DNA of 64,000 bases. Source: Candidatus Omnitrophota bacterium. Lineage in GTDB: Bacteria; Omnitrophota; Gorgyraeia; Gygaellales; Profunditerraquicolaceae. Shown here in pieces: positions 47,565 through 57,031 of this stretch. The stretch spans positions 21,625 through 85,624 of the forward strand of contig JALOQK010000002.1 of assembly GCA_025453395.1 (NCBI GenBank), written 5' to 3'. The position numbers and the translations under genes were made by a program. The first letter of the stretch is position 1; every line of letters starts with the position of its first letter. The notes below the pieces were generated by a model that ran no database searches, was not told the origin of the DNA, and worked only from the letters and a program-made list of their open reading frames with translations.

Positions 47565-49108
47565 TGGCCAATTCATTAGGGATTTATTTTGGCACAAGCC
47601 TTATAGCTTTAATAGAGGTAAAAGGGAAAAAGATCATTAAACAGATCAATATCCCACGCGCGCTTATTTCCGGGAAAGATCTGGAAGAAAAGGTCCCCGA
47701 AGAAGTTAAGATCGTGGCTTTCTTAAAAGAAGAATTACGCCGCAACAAAATTGAAGCCAAAGAAGCGATTATGTCATTGTCTGGGCAAGATATGATAATC
47801 CGCACCTTTGAAACGCCCGTTCTTCCTGCTGGTGAACTTGCCAGCGTGGTTAATTTTGAAGTCAAGAAGTACATCCCCTTTAAGACTGAAGATCTGGTAT
47901 CGGATTTTCAGGTCAAATTTGACCGCGCCAACCGCAAGAACAATGTATTATATACAGGCATTAAAAAAGAATCTTTGAATAAATACTTGGCGGTGGTGGA
48001 GCAGCTGGGGTTAAAGCTTATTAATATTGAATATGGGGGTTTTAGCCTCTTAAGGTTCATGCGCCTGACTAATCTTATGCAAAAAGGGATAGTAGGCGTA
48101 TTGAGCATGGATTTTTCTGAAGATGAAGAGATTAATTTCACGGTTGTCGAGGATGGATTCCCGCTTTTTAGCAGGGATATTACTCTTTCGTCGGTTAGCG
48201 AGGACTTGACCAGAAAAACTGAAATGTCCATGCCGCAGATAATAGAGAAATTAAAGACAGAGATCAGGATTTCTCTGGATTATTATAACCGGAAATTTCA
48301 GTCACGCAAAATCCAGAAGATGCTTTTCTTGTGCAATGATGAACAGCGGCATGATCTGGAACTATTGCTTAAAGAGATGCTTGTCCCGGCTGTTTTTGTG
48401 GACAGCCATAGGTATATCGGAAAGGCCAGGCATTACAGCTTAAGTTTTATAAAATGTTATGGCACCGCGATCATGAAATGCATCAAGGACAATATTAAGG
48501 TAAATATAATCTCGGCTAAGTCCAAGGCTTTTACGCAGAAAGAAAGAGAAATTGAAGATCAACTTGATTTCGGCGCGTTCTTCAGCGATTTTCAGGTTGA
48601 CCCAAAGTTTATCGCAATAGGCGTATTAGCTTGTTTGGGGATTTGGGGCTTGGGGCAATACCAGCAGTTTCCCGTAAGGCATGACCTTGATACGGTGATC
48701 TCTTTGAGGCCTCAGTTACCCAGTGTGGGCCCAAGCGCCACTTTGCAGAGTTTAGTTGATATGGAGCAGGAGAGCAAAAATAAAATTAATGCTTTGCACA
48801 AAGCAGTGATGCAGCAGCTATATCTTACGGATACCCTGGATGTCCTGCCGCGGCTTATCCCGGATGATATAATGCTTACGCGCATAAATTACAGAAAAGG
48901 TGAAAATAGCACAGAAGTAAACATTGACGGGATTGTTTTCTTAGGCGATAGCGACAAAGAGCGCAAGGAAGTTAACGCCTTTTTGGCAGCCTTAAAGCAG
49001 GATCCGTCTTTGAGCAGGGTTTTTAAGGAAATGTCTATTACCTATATAGACCATGCTACAATGGAAAAGGCCGAAGTCACAAAATTTAATCTTTTATTAA
49101 AAGGTTAG
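47564..49108 (+). CDS. pilM: type IV pilus assembly PilM-PilN fusion protein
   Basis: N-terminal actin-like ATPase fold pattern of PilM (~340 aa). Then TM helix FIAIGVLACLGIWGLGQY and a ~150-aa periplasmic PilN-like tail. Confidence 0.65.
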   Translation: MANSLGIYFGTSLIALIEVKGKKIIKQINIPRALISGKDLEEKVPEEVKIVAFLKEELRRNKIEAKEAIMSLSGQDMIIRTFETPVLPAGELASVVNFEVKKYIPFKTEDLVSDFQVKFDRANRKNNVLYTGIKKESLNKYLAVVEQLGLKLINIEYGGFSLLRFMRLTNLMQKGIVGVLSMDFSEDEEINFTVVEDGFPLFSRDITLSSVSEDLTRKTEMSMPQIIEKLKTEIRISLDYYNRKFQSRKIQKMLFLCNDEQRHDLELLLKEMLVPAVFVDSHRYIGKARHYSLSFIKCYGTAIMKCIKDNIKVNIISAKSKAFTQKEREIEDQLDFGAFFSDFQVDPKFIAIGVLACLGIWGLGQYQQFPVRHDLDTVISLRPQLPSVGPSATLQSLVDMEQESKNKINALHKAVMQQLYLTDTLDVLPRLIPDDIMLTRINYRKGENSTEVNIDGIVFLGDSDKERKEVNAFLAALKQDPSLSRVFKEMSITYIDHATMEKAEVTKFNLLLKG

Positions 49109-49121
49109 AACAGAGGGTTTT

Positions 49122-49643
49122 ATGCCGGTAAAAGATGCAAGCAAATATAAAGATTACCTGATCAATATAGTGGTTTTGGCTATTGCCGCGATTATTGGTT
49201 TTAAAATTTATATAAAGAGCAATCAGGATATAGATGCTTTAAAGAAAAGCATTGAAGAAGAAAAAAGCAAGAATAAGGTGCTGGCAAGCCTTGAGGAAAA
49301 AGAAAAAGAAATAAACGCCTACCGCAAATATCTTAATAGCAAAGAGATCACCGGCATTCTGGATGTTATTGGCGATATCGCGCGGGAGTCGGATATTGAG
49401 ATTGATTCTATGCGTCCTTCAGGAGAAAACAAATACTCTTTTTTCAAGAAATACTTATTTGATATAAGATGCTCCGCAGGCAGCTACCATGATATTGCCA
49501 GATTCATAAGCTATCTTGAGAGCAATAAAAATGTCTTTACGGTAGAAAGCGTGTCTTTAAGCCCCGAAGGATCAGGCGTGCAAAGACGGGTGGGTAGGGT
49601 TTTTGTGGAGATTTCCTTAAGCACAATTGTTTTGGTAAATTAA
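49122..49643 (+). CDS. pilO: PilO-like inner-membrane pilus alignment protein
   Basis: TM LINIVVLAIAAIIGF, a coiled-coil KKSIEEEKSKNKVLASLEEKEKE, then a ~100-aa periplasmic domain. Position is after pilMN. Confidence 0.5.
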   Translation: MPVKDASKYKDYLINIVVLAIAAIIGFKIYIKSNQDIDALKKSIEEEKSKNKVLASLEEKEKEINAYRKYLNSKEITGILDVIGDIARESDIEIDSMRPSGENKYSFFKKYLFDIRCSAGSYHDIARFISYLESNKNVFTVESVSLSPEGSGVQRRVGRVFVEISLSTIVLVN

Positions 49644-49653
49644 AGGTTAAGAT

Positions 49654-50154
49654 ATGGGAAAATATCCGGTCAAATTAAATTTTATAAATGAAATTATATT
49701 ATTTTGCATAATTTTGGGGATAGGTTCCACTGTTTTTGCCAATACTACTTCTAACACTATGAAGAAACTTATTGAAGGCGACGAAGAAAAAGAGGAAAAG
49801 GCCTATGATGTTAAGCGGCCGGCGGCTGAATATAAAGCTGCCAATTATAGAGATCCTTTCAGATTACAGCGCCAGGAGAAAGAAGAAACTAAAGAAACAA
49901 AGAAATACCAGGAGGAAGAGATAATCCCTCCGGATTTAGTCATACAGGGCGTGGTTTGGGGGGCCGCTACTCCGCAGGCGATAGTTAATGATAAAGTAGT
50001 CAAAAAAGGCGACATTATACAGGATGCGCATATTTTGGATATTACAAAAGAGGGTATAGATATTTTCTATCAGGGGGCACAGTTTCATATTTCCGCTCCG
50101 GCATCCGGAAGCGGCATATCCAAAAAGAAAAAAGAGGGAGGCACAAATGAATAA
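49654..50154 (+). CDS. pilP: PilP-like periplasmic/lipoprotein component
   Basis: Signal/anchor ILFCIILGIGSTVFA. Size and position between pilO and the secretin. Weak sequence evidence. Confidence 0.4.
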   Translation: MGKYPVKLNFINEIILFCIILGIGSTVFANTTSNTMKKLIEGDEEKEEKAYDVKRPAAEYKAANYRDPFRLQRQEKEETKETKKYQEEEIIPPDLVIQGVVWGAATPQAIVNDKVVKKGDIIQDAHILDITKEGIDIFYQGAQFHISAPASGSGISKKKKEGGTNE

Positions 50155-51649
50155 CCGCCGGAAATCATATATAAGCTTATTTTTTATCCTCGCGCTTATT
50201 TTCGCGCCTTCGGGGTTAAACGCGCAAATGGATATCCCGTTTGACAATCCTAATATTTTTATCTCCATGGATTTCCAGAATGCCTCTTTAAAAGATATTC
50301 TAAAGATTTTCTCTGTGCAGTCCGGGCTTAATTTTATCGCCTCGGAAAACGTGCAAGACAGAAAAGTGACCCTTTATATGGATAAGGTTGGGGTTAAAGA
50401 CGCCATGGATAAGATTTTTACCGCTAATAATCTTGTTTATGAGCTGGACAGGGAATCCAATATTTTTATCGTCAAGGACCTGGGAAAGCCCAAGACTGAA
50501 ACCGAAACCAAGGTTTTTCCGCTTAAATATGCCACGGTTTCAGGGTCAGCTTTTAACCGCGAAAAAAGCAGTGTTTCTACTACGGCAGGGGCAGCCGCAG
50601 GAGGATCTTCAGGCATTGCCGCGGCGGTAGCCAAGATAGTTACTGAGAATGGTTCAGTTATGGAAGATATCCGCACCAACAGCATTATTGTTACGGATGT
50701 GCCTAAGAATATGCCCAATATTATTCAGCTTGTGAATGCCCTGGATGTTTCAGTGCCGCAGGTGCTTTTGGAAGTGGAGATGTTGGACGTGAATAAAAAC
50801 TTGAGCGAAGCTTTGGGTGTAAAATACGGGCAGTCGCCCATGACTTTAAACGCGCTTTTTAAAGGCGGGACATTTCTCTCTAAATTTCCTTCAGGCAGCC
50901 CGTTCGGCACCGGGCAGAAAACTGGTTTTGGGTCTTTTGAAGTAAATAGCGGCAATGATGGCTCTGATATTAGCACTTATCAGGTGGTCTTAGATTTTCT
51001 AAAATCCCAGACCGATACTAAATTTCTTGCGCGGCCTAAGATCTTGACTTTAGACAATGAAACCGCGGAAATAAAGATCTCTACCCAGGAATCTGTGGGC
51101 ATTATTAATTCTACTACTAATACCGGCAATAGCTCCACAAGCACTACTACCAAAGAAGCGGAAAGATATGAAACCGGCGTAATCTTGAGGGTAACTCCAC
51201 AGGTCAACTTTAAAACCGGTGAAATTACCATGTTTGTTAATCCTAAGGTAAGCGAGGCTATTGCCGGCAATAGCATAACCGAAGGTAATACTGTTTATAC
51301 TTACCGCGACCCGGAAGAAAGAAGCACTAAATCTGTAGTCAGGATCCAAGATGGAGAAACCGTAGTTTTGGGAGGGCTTATCCGTAAAGAAAAAACAGAA
51401 ACTATCACTAAGCTGCCGTTTTTAGGGGATATTCCGGTTTTAGGGGCTTTGTTCCGCCATAAAAATATTTCCAAGGACAAGGAAAGAGAACTGCTTGTTT
51501 TTATCACTCCACACATCGTTAAAGACGCAAGCACCCAGCTTGCCAACGCGCAAGTTAAGCAAACCGGCTCTGCGTTAGGGGCCCCTGGCAATAAACGCGA
51601 GGCGATTATTACCGCAAGCCTGAATGCCTTTGAAAAGAAGAAAAGGTGA
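50147..51649 (+). CDS. pilQ: secretin (PilQ/GspD family), compact form
   Basis: Signal peptide, N0/N1-like domains, and secretin C-domain motifs VVLGGLIRKEKTETITKLPFLGDIPVLGALFRHK ..LLVFITPHIV. No AMIN domains. Confidence 0.8.
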   Translation: MNNRRKSYISLFFILALIFAPSGLNAQMDIPFDNPNIFISMDFQNASLKDILKIFSVQSGLNFIASENVQDRKVTLYMDKVGVKDAMDKIFTANNLVYELDRESNIFIVKDLGKPKTETETKVFPLKYATVSGSAFNREKSSVSTTAGAAAGGSSGIAAAVAKIVTENGSVMEDIRTNSIIVTDVPKNMPNIIQLVNALDVSVPQVLLEVEMLDVNKNLSEALGVKYGQSPMTLNALFKGGTFLSKFPSGSPFGTGQKTGFGSFEVNSGNDGSDISTYQVVLDFLKSQTDTKFLARPKILTLDNETAEIKISTQESVGIINSTTNTGNSSTSTTTKEAERYETGVILRVTPQVNFKTGEITMFVNPKVSEAIAGNSITEGNTVYTYRDPEERSTKSVVRIQDGETVVLGGLIRKEKTETITKLPFLGDIPVLGALFRHKNISKDKERELLVFITPHIVKDASTQLANAQVKQTGSALGAPGNKREAIITASLNAFEKKKR

Positions 51650-53394
51650 TCCCTGCTAAAATAAACAGTATGCCCAAAGAAAAATATTTAAGGTTAGGCG
51701 AGCTTCTGGTTAAAGAGGGCCTGATTACTCCTGCCCAGCTTGAGAAGATCATTATTATCCAGCGGCAGGAGGGCGGGCGCATGGGGGAACTTTTGATCCG
51801 CGAAGGCATGATCAAAGAAGAGCAGTTTGTGGTGGTTTTGGGCAAGCAGTTAGGCATACCTTTTTTTACCTTTGGTACCGGGATGTTAAAGCCGTCGGTC
51901 GATCAGGGGCTTGAAAGGCTTATCTCGCAGGATTTTGCTTTAAAAAACCTGGTTATCCCGCTTTCGCGCACGCTTAATTCTCTAAGTGTAGCTATGGTTG
52001 ACCCGCTGGATCTAATCTTAATAGACAATCTTAAAAAGCTTACCGGATGTGACATCAATCCGGTAATTGCCACTCGTTCTGATATTTTAAAATCAATAGA
52101 AGAATTCTATGGCAAGACCGGGATGTTAAACCGCGCGGTTCAGGATACTTATGATGACCAGTCCCAAGATAATAGGGTGAACACAATTGACCTTGCGGAT
52201 GAAGAATTAAGCTTAGATAAATTAGTTGCCCGCGCTGAAGAGGCGCCAGTTGTAAAGCTGGTGGATTTGATTATTCGTCAGGCCATAGATGAGCGCGCAT
52301 CGGATATTCATATTGAGCCGTTTAAGGACAGGATTTCCCTTCGTTATCGCATTGACGGCAAGCTCTATGAAATCCCCCCTCCGGCAAAATACCTGCACTT
52401 GCCGATCATCTCGCGTATTAAAATATTAAGTAAAATGGATATTGCCGAGAAAAGATTGCCGCAAGACGGCACGTTTCTGGTAAAAATGGAGGACAGGGTT
52501 GTAGATCTAAGAATTTCTACAATTCCTACTATCTACGGAGAAAAGATTGTTTTAAGAATCCTGGACCGAGGCTCTGTAGTTCTGGATTTAAATGTTTTAG
52601 GTATGGACGCCAAACAGCTGGAGGCGGTGCGCGCAGCTGCCGCTATGCCCTATGGCCTGATTTTTCTTACCGGCCCCACTGGAAGCGGCAAGACCACAAC
52701 GCTCTACGCGCTTTTAAACGAAATCAAAAGCCCCTCCAAGAATATAATCACTATTGAAGACCCGGTTGAGTATAAAATAGAGGGCATAAATCAAGTGCAG
52801 GTAAAGCCGGAAATCGGCTTAAATTTCGCAAACGCGCTTCGCTCTTTTCTAAGGCAGGACCCGGATATCATGCTGGTGGGCGAGGTGCGCGATTTAGAGA
52901 CCGCGCAGATTTGTATCCGCTCGGCATTAACCGGGCACTTGGTTTTAAGCACCCTTCACACCAATGACGCGCCTTCAGCAGTAAGCCGGCTTATGGACAT
53001 CGGGATTGAGTCGTATCTTTTGGCGCCGTCTCTTCTTTTAATCGTCGCCCAAAGGCTTATCCGCAGGCTCTGTCCGGACTGTAAAGAAGCTTATGAGCCT
53101 ACCCCGGAGCAGGTTAAGAAATTTAAGCTTACCGCCGAGCTTATTTATAAGCCAAGAGGCTGTTCCAAGTGCGCTCAAATCGGCTACAAGGGCAGGATAT
53201 CTGTGGCAGAGGTAATGAATACCAATGATGAATTAAAAACTTTGATTAATGAAGGGGTCCCCTATCAGAAGATCCGCGATGCCGCTAAAAAAGCCGGCAT
53301 GCAGACTTTGTATGATTCCGCGATCAAGAAAGTGGAGATGGGGCTTACTTCTTTGGAAGAGGCGCTTTCAGTTGCTATTGCCGCTGACTACTAG
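51646..53394 (+). CDS. pilB: type IV pilus / type II secretion assembly ATPase (PilB/GspE family)
   Basis: N-terminal T2SSE_N-like domain (LGELLVKEGLITPAQLEKIIIIQ..). Walker A GPTGSGKTTT, VGEVRD, and a tetracysteine motif CPDC..CSKC. Confidence 0.85.
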   Translation: MIPAKINSMPKEKYLRLGELLVKEGLITPAQLEKIIIIQRQEGGRMGELLIREGMIKEEQFVVVLGKQLGIPFFTFGTGMLKPSVDQGLERLISQDFALKNLVIPLSRTLNSLSVAMVDPLDLILIDNLKKLTGCDINPVIATRSDILKSIEEFYGKTGMLNRAVQDTYDDQSQDNRVNTIDLADEELSLDKLVARAEEAPVVKLVDLIIRQAIDERASDIHIEPFKDRISLRYRIDGKLYEIPPPAKYLHLPIISRIKILSKMDIAEKRLPQDGTFLVKMEDRVVDLRISTIPTIYGEKIVLRILDRGSVVLDLNVLGMDAKQLEAVRAAAAMPYGLIFLTGPTGSGKTTTLYALLNEIKSPSKNIITIEDPVEYKIEGINQVQVKPEIGLNFANALRSFLRQDPDIMLVGEVRDLETAQICIRSALTGHLVLSTLHTNDAPSAVSRLMDIGIESYLLAPSLLLIVAQRLIRRLCPDCKEAYEPTPEQVKKFKLTAELIYKPRGCSKCAQIGYKGRISVAEVMNTNDELKTLINEGVPYQKIRDAAKKAGMQTLYDSAIKKVEMGLTSLEEALSVAIAADY

Positions 53395-53411
53395 AATAAA
53401 AGGAATAAATT

Positions 53412-54650
53412 ATGGCAAAATTTTTCTATACTGTGCGCGATTCAAGAGGGGTAAAGCATAGCGGCACTGAAGAAGGCACCAATGAGGAAGATGTAGTAAG
53501 CCGGCTTCAGGCAAAAGGTTTTCTAGTGGTAGGCCTTGTGCATGAAAGCAAGCAATCTGCCGCAGGGTTGCAGGCGGATAAAACTCCTACAAGTAGAGGT
53601 AAGTTTAAGCATTACGGGGTTTCAGGCGATGACTTGGTGCTTTTTTGCCGGCAGTTGGCCACGCTTTTAGGAGCAGGCGTAACTATTCTAAAAAGTGTTG
53701 ATATAATTTGCCTGCAGATTTCAAGCCGGGGTTTATATAAAGTATTGAAAAAGGTTTCTTCGGATATGCAGGCAGGTTTAAGCCTGCACGAAGCGCTCTC
53801 TCGGCATCCGCAGGTTTTTTCTGAACTTTGGGTTAACCTGGTAGAAAGTGGAGAGGCAAGCGGTAACTTGGCAATGGTGCTTTCGCGTTTGGCAGGATAC
53901 CTTGAAAGAAACGCCGCCTTTAGAAGAAGGATAATCTCCGCTCTTCTGTATCCTATTATTCTTATGGTTGCCGGCTTAGGCGCGCTATTATTTCTAACCC
54001 TTAAAATAATCCCCACTTTCGCCGAGTTGTTTAAGGGGTTTAATGTGGAGCTTCCTTTTCTTACTAAGGTCCTTATATCTTTTAGTGAAGGCCTGCGGCA
54101 TAGTTTCCTATTTATTATCGTCGTAGCTGTATTAGGCGGGTATCTTTTAAGAAAATACCTCAAAACCAGAAAAGGCCGCAGGCAGTATGAAGAGCTTCTT
54201 TTTAAATCTCCGATTTTCGGGGATTTTATCAAGGGGCTGGTGGTGGAGCGGTTTTCTTCAGAGATGTCAACGCTTGTGGAAAGCGGAGTGCCGATACTTT
54301 ATTCGCTTGAAATTGCCGAGCATAGCGTGGGCAACTTAGTTATGGCGGATATTATCCATCAAATTAAAGAAGATGTCAGAGACGGCAAGCCTTTAAGTTA
54401 TCCTCTTGAGAAAAGTAATTTCTTTGAGCCGATGGTGATTCAAATGGTGGCTATCGGAGAAGAAATAGGAGAACTGCCGCAGATGTTCAAGAAAATAAAT
54501 CTTTTTTACCAGGAATATGTGGAGACATTCTTGACCCGTTTTGCTTCTATGTTTGAGCCGATCATGCTTATTGTGATGGGGGTGATTATCGGGGTTATTG
54601 TTATCGGGATGTTCTTGCCAATATTTAGCATAAGCAGGATTGGCGGGTAA
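53412..54650 (+). CDS. pilC: platform protein PilC/GspF
   Basis: Two GspF repeats and three TM segments. Position is after the ATPase. Confidence 0.85.
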   Translation: MAKFFYTVRDSRGVKHSGTEEGTNEEDVVSRLQAKGFLVVGLVHESKQSAAGLQADKTPTSRGKFKHYGVSGDDLVLFCRQLATLLGAGVTILKSVDIICLQISSRGLYKVLKKVSSDMQAGLSLHEALSRHPQVFSELWVNLVESGEASGNLAMVLSRLAGYLERNAAFRRRIISALLYPIILMVAGLGALLFLTLKIIPTFAELFKGFNVELPFLTKVLISFSEGLRHSFLFIIVVAVLGGYLLRKYLKTRKGRRQYEELLFKSPIFGDFIKGLVVERFSSEMSTLVESGVPILYSLEIAEHSVGNLVMADIIHQIKEDVRDGKPLSYPLEKSNFFEPMVIQMVAIGEEIGELPQMFKKINLFYQEYVETFLTRFASMFEPIMLIVMGVIIGVIVIGMFLPIFSISRIGG

Positions 54651-54672
54651 AGGTAAAAGGTTAATTAAGGTA

Positions 54673-54700
54673 TTGACAACAAAGAATTTAAGGTTAAAAT
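54673..54700 (+). promoter_or_regulatory. sigma70-like promoter ahead of the pilin genes
   Basis: TTGACA, 16-nt spacer, TAAAAT. An additional gttataat lies downstream. Ribosome-binding site aaggag. Confidence 0.5.
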
Positions 54701-54755
54701 ATATTTTAGGTAAACGTTATAATAAAATAGAAATTAACATAAGAAAGGAGTAGTT

Positions 54756-55169
54756 ATGAAAAAAGGTTTTACGCTGTTGGAATTAATTGTAGTTATCATC
54801 ATCATCGGGGTTTTGGCAACATTGGGGTTTGTGCAGTATGTTAATATGATTGAAAAAGGCAGAAGAGCTGAAGCGCGCACGAATTTGGGTATGTTGCGTA
54901 CTTTGCAGATGGCTTATCATCAGGAGCATAGTACTGCCTACGCGGCAATAGGTGATTTGCAATCTGGTTTACCTGCTGCAACCGGTACTGGCGATCACAC
55001 TTGTACTAATGCTAATTTCTATTTTGAATATTTTTGTGATGCTACTGGTGGCACTGTTCCTGGTACCTGTTATGCAATGAGATGTGCCTCGGGCGGTAAG
55101 GATCCTGTAACTGGCACTACTTCTGTAATTTCGCTTAGTGTAGATGGAGCAGGTGGAAACGATTGGTAA
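54756..55169 (+). CDS. type IV pilin (candidate major pilin)
   Basis: MKKG-FTLLELIVVIIIIGVLA canonical class III signal with Glu5. 137 aa. Four C-terminal Cys (disulfide-bonded region). Confidence 0.75.
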   Translation: MKKGFTLLELIVVIIIIGVLATLGFVQYVNMIEKGRRAEARTNLGMLRTLQMAYHQEHSTAYAAIGDLQSGLPAATGTGDHTCTNANFYFEYFCDATGGTVPGTCYAMRCASGGKDPVTGTTSVISLSVDGAGGNDW

Positions 55170-55176
55170 TCAATGG

Positions 55177-55596
55177 ATGAGTATGAAATCGCGTGGTTAC
55201 ACGCTACTTGAAATCGTCATAGTGGTTGTGATTGTGGGGATTTTGGTAAGCTTAGGTTTGGTTAATTACACCAATGTCCGGGAAAGGGCTCTGGGCAAAG
55301 AGGCAAGGGCGACCTTGAAGCTTATTGCCGCGGCAGAGAGAATCTACCGTATGGAAACAGGGCTGTATCTTATTCCAGGAAATGCTGTTCCAGCTAGGGC
55401 AGCTAATGATTTAGCTTACATTAATAGTATGCTAAAGCTTGCCATCCCTCAATCAAACAACGCTTGGGGATATAGTATTACTTCAACTACTAATCCTGCT
55501 ATTTCTGAATTTGACGCGCAGGCCGCAAGAGCAGCGTGCACCTATAAGATGACTCAAGGTGATGATGAACCCAGTGATTCGGGGACATGTTATTAA
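55177..55596 (+). CDS. type IV pilin-like protein with G-YTLLE junction
   Basis: MSMKSRG-YTLLEIVIVVVIVGILV with Tyr at +1. C-terminal Cys pair. A terminator hairpin follows. Confidence 0.65.
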   Translation: MSMKSRGYTLLEIVIVVVIVGILVSLGLVNYTNVRERALGKEARATLKLIAAAERIYRMETGLYLIPGNAVPARAANDLAYINSMLKLAIPQSNNAWGYSITSTTNPAISEFDAQAARAACTYKMTQGDDEPSDSGTCY

Positions 55597-55618
55597 AGTT
55601 TTGTTAGTTTAAACAAAT

Positions 55619-55654
55619 AAAGGGGGTATCGTAAGATGCCCCCTTTATTATTAT
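55619..55654 (+). terminator. terminator-like hairpin after the second pilin gene
   Basis: aaaggggg tatcgtaagat cccccttt followed by attattat. Confidence 0.5.
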
Positions 55655-55666
55655 GGGTAGAATTAT

Positions 55667-56026
55667 ATGAAGAATAAAGCCATGACCTTACTTGAAATCT
55701 TAATCGCGGTTTTGATTATCGCCATTACCGTCGGAGGGCTGGTTGCTGTTTTTGTAAGTTCCCGCGGGTTCATAGAGCATTCCCGTTCCCGTTTGCAGGC
55801 AGCGCAGTTATCCAAATACTATATTGATCAATTACATGGGTTTGTGCGCCAGGATTCATGGAATACCGCAAGTAACCAGCTATATGATGGAGCTGCTCCT
55901 TCCTATTCAACAACTTTTTCCGGGGTAACATATAATGTGACTTCTGTAGTGGACGCTGTTGATCCCGTAAATCCGGGAGGGTTGCGCCGGGTAGTCACAA
56001 AAATAAAGTGGACAGAGCCAAAATGA
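55667..56026 (+). CDS. minor pilin-like protein (A-MTLLE junction)
   Basis: MKNKA-MTLLEILIAVLIIAITVGGLVAV with Glu5 present but Ala at -1 and Met at +1. Confidence 0.55.
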   Translation: MKNKAMTLLEILIAVLIIAITVGGLVAVFVSSRGFIEHSRSRLQAAQLSKYYIDQLHGFVRQDSWNTASNQLYDGAAPSYSTTFSGVTYNVTSVVDAVDPVNPGGLRRVVTKIKWTEPK

Positions 56027-56679
56027 AGATTAACCCTAATAGGTCAGTTACTCTTTTGGAATTATTGATGAGCCTGCTTATCATGAGTATTGTTTTAGCC
56101 GCCTTAACAAGTATCAATACTTTTATTAATCACAACGCTTTATCCAGTGACAGAAGATCTAAGCTGCAGAATGAAGTATCTTATACTTTAGAGCATATGA
56201 CTAAAGAAATAGGCAAGGCGCGGGGCAATGAGGTTGCTTCTGGCGCGGGCAAGGTTTTAGCAATTACGGCAAGCGCTTCTGCAGGGGGGCAAGTAATAAG
56301 GTTTTTAGCTAATGATAATGATTATGCTGTTCCGGGAAACTGGGCAGCGTATCTTTACATTCCTCAGGGTTATCCAAATAGTTATCAAATACGTTATTGT
56401 GAGAAGTGCGCTGATACGGATTGTAATTCTTGCAGTTTTCCTGCTTCCTGGGCAGCTTTACCTGCTAATTACATTATCGCCCGGAAGGTAAAAGTATTTG
56501 TGCCTGATAAGCCGATGATAAATGACCCTTCTGATCAACGTTTGAATCAAAATTATTTTAGCGTTAGGATTACTTCTTGTTGGGATCCGGCGCTTGCTTC
56601 TCCGCCTGACGGCACATCGGAAAATCCCTGCATTACCATGGAAACCCGCATGAAGATGCCCTCGGTTTCTACCCATTAG
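56023..56679 (+). CDS. minor pilin-like protein (S-VTLLE junction)
   Basis: MKINPNRS-VTLLELLMSLLIMSIVLAAL. ATGA start/stop overlap with the upstream gene. Several Cys in the C-terminal domain. Confidence 0.55.
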   Translation: MKINPNRSVTLLELLMSLLIMSIVLAALTSINTFINHNALSSDRRSKLQNEVSYTLEHMTKEIGKARGNEVASGAGKVLAITASASAGGQVIRFLANDNDYAVPGNWAAYLYIPQGYPNSYQIRYCEKCADTDCNSCSFPASWAALPANYIIARKVKVFVPDKPMINDPSDQRLNQNYFSVRITSCWDPALASPPDGTSENPCITMETRMKMPSVSTH

Positions 56680-56680
56680 A

Positions 56681-56900
56681 AAAGCGCAAAACTAAAAGCG
56701 CAAAGCGTAAATCGATAATCCAAAATTCAAAATTTTTAATTTTACGCTATAGTTTTACCTGCCTGCCGGCAAGGCAGGCGTTTTTCGCTTTACATTTTAC
56801 GCTATATAAGACAAAAATCGTCTAACTTTTATGTATTTGGCTGATAGCTGAAAGCTGATAGCTGATAGCTGAAAGCTGATATAATTTGACTGAACTTATG
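56681..56900. repeat. family A heptad-periodic palindromic element plus GCTGATA repeats (copy 1)
   Basis: aaaagcg caaaact aaaagcg caaagcg taaatcg ataatcc aaaattc aaaattt ttaattt tacgcta tag .., inner hairpin ctgcctgccggcaaggcaggcg, then gctgata gctgaaa gctgata gctgata gctgaaa gctgata. Confidence 0.8.
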
Positions 56901-56958
56901 CCTTATGTTATATTGTTTTCTATATTGAGCGGATTTTAAGTGATAAATTGATTAAATT

Positions 56959-57031
56959 GGGGCTGTAGCTCAGTTGGGAGAGCGCCTCGTTCGCAACGAG
57001 GAGGCCAGCGGTTCGATCCCGCTCAGCTCCA
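56959..57031 (+). tRNA. tRNA-Ala (anticodon CGC)
   Basis: 73-nt cloverleaf with 7-bp acceptor stem including G3:U70, D-loop agttggga, anticodon loop ttCGCaa, T-loop ttcgatc. CCA is not encoded. Confidence 0.9.

Noticed and set aside
53612-54232. 206-aa minus-strand ORF, and similar ones (24973..25518, 25819..26346, 62172..62729, 27398..27814 and others)
   Set aside because: Each lies entirely within a + strand gene with unambiguous family motifs (pilC, argJ, argB, recA, argD). They have no ribosome-binding site or recognisable domain. They are antisense-frame artefacts.
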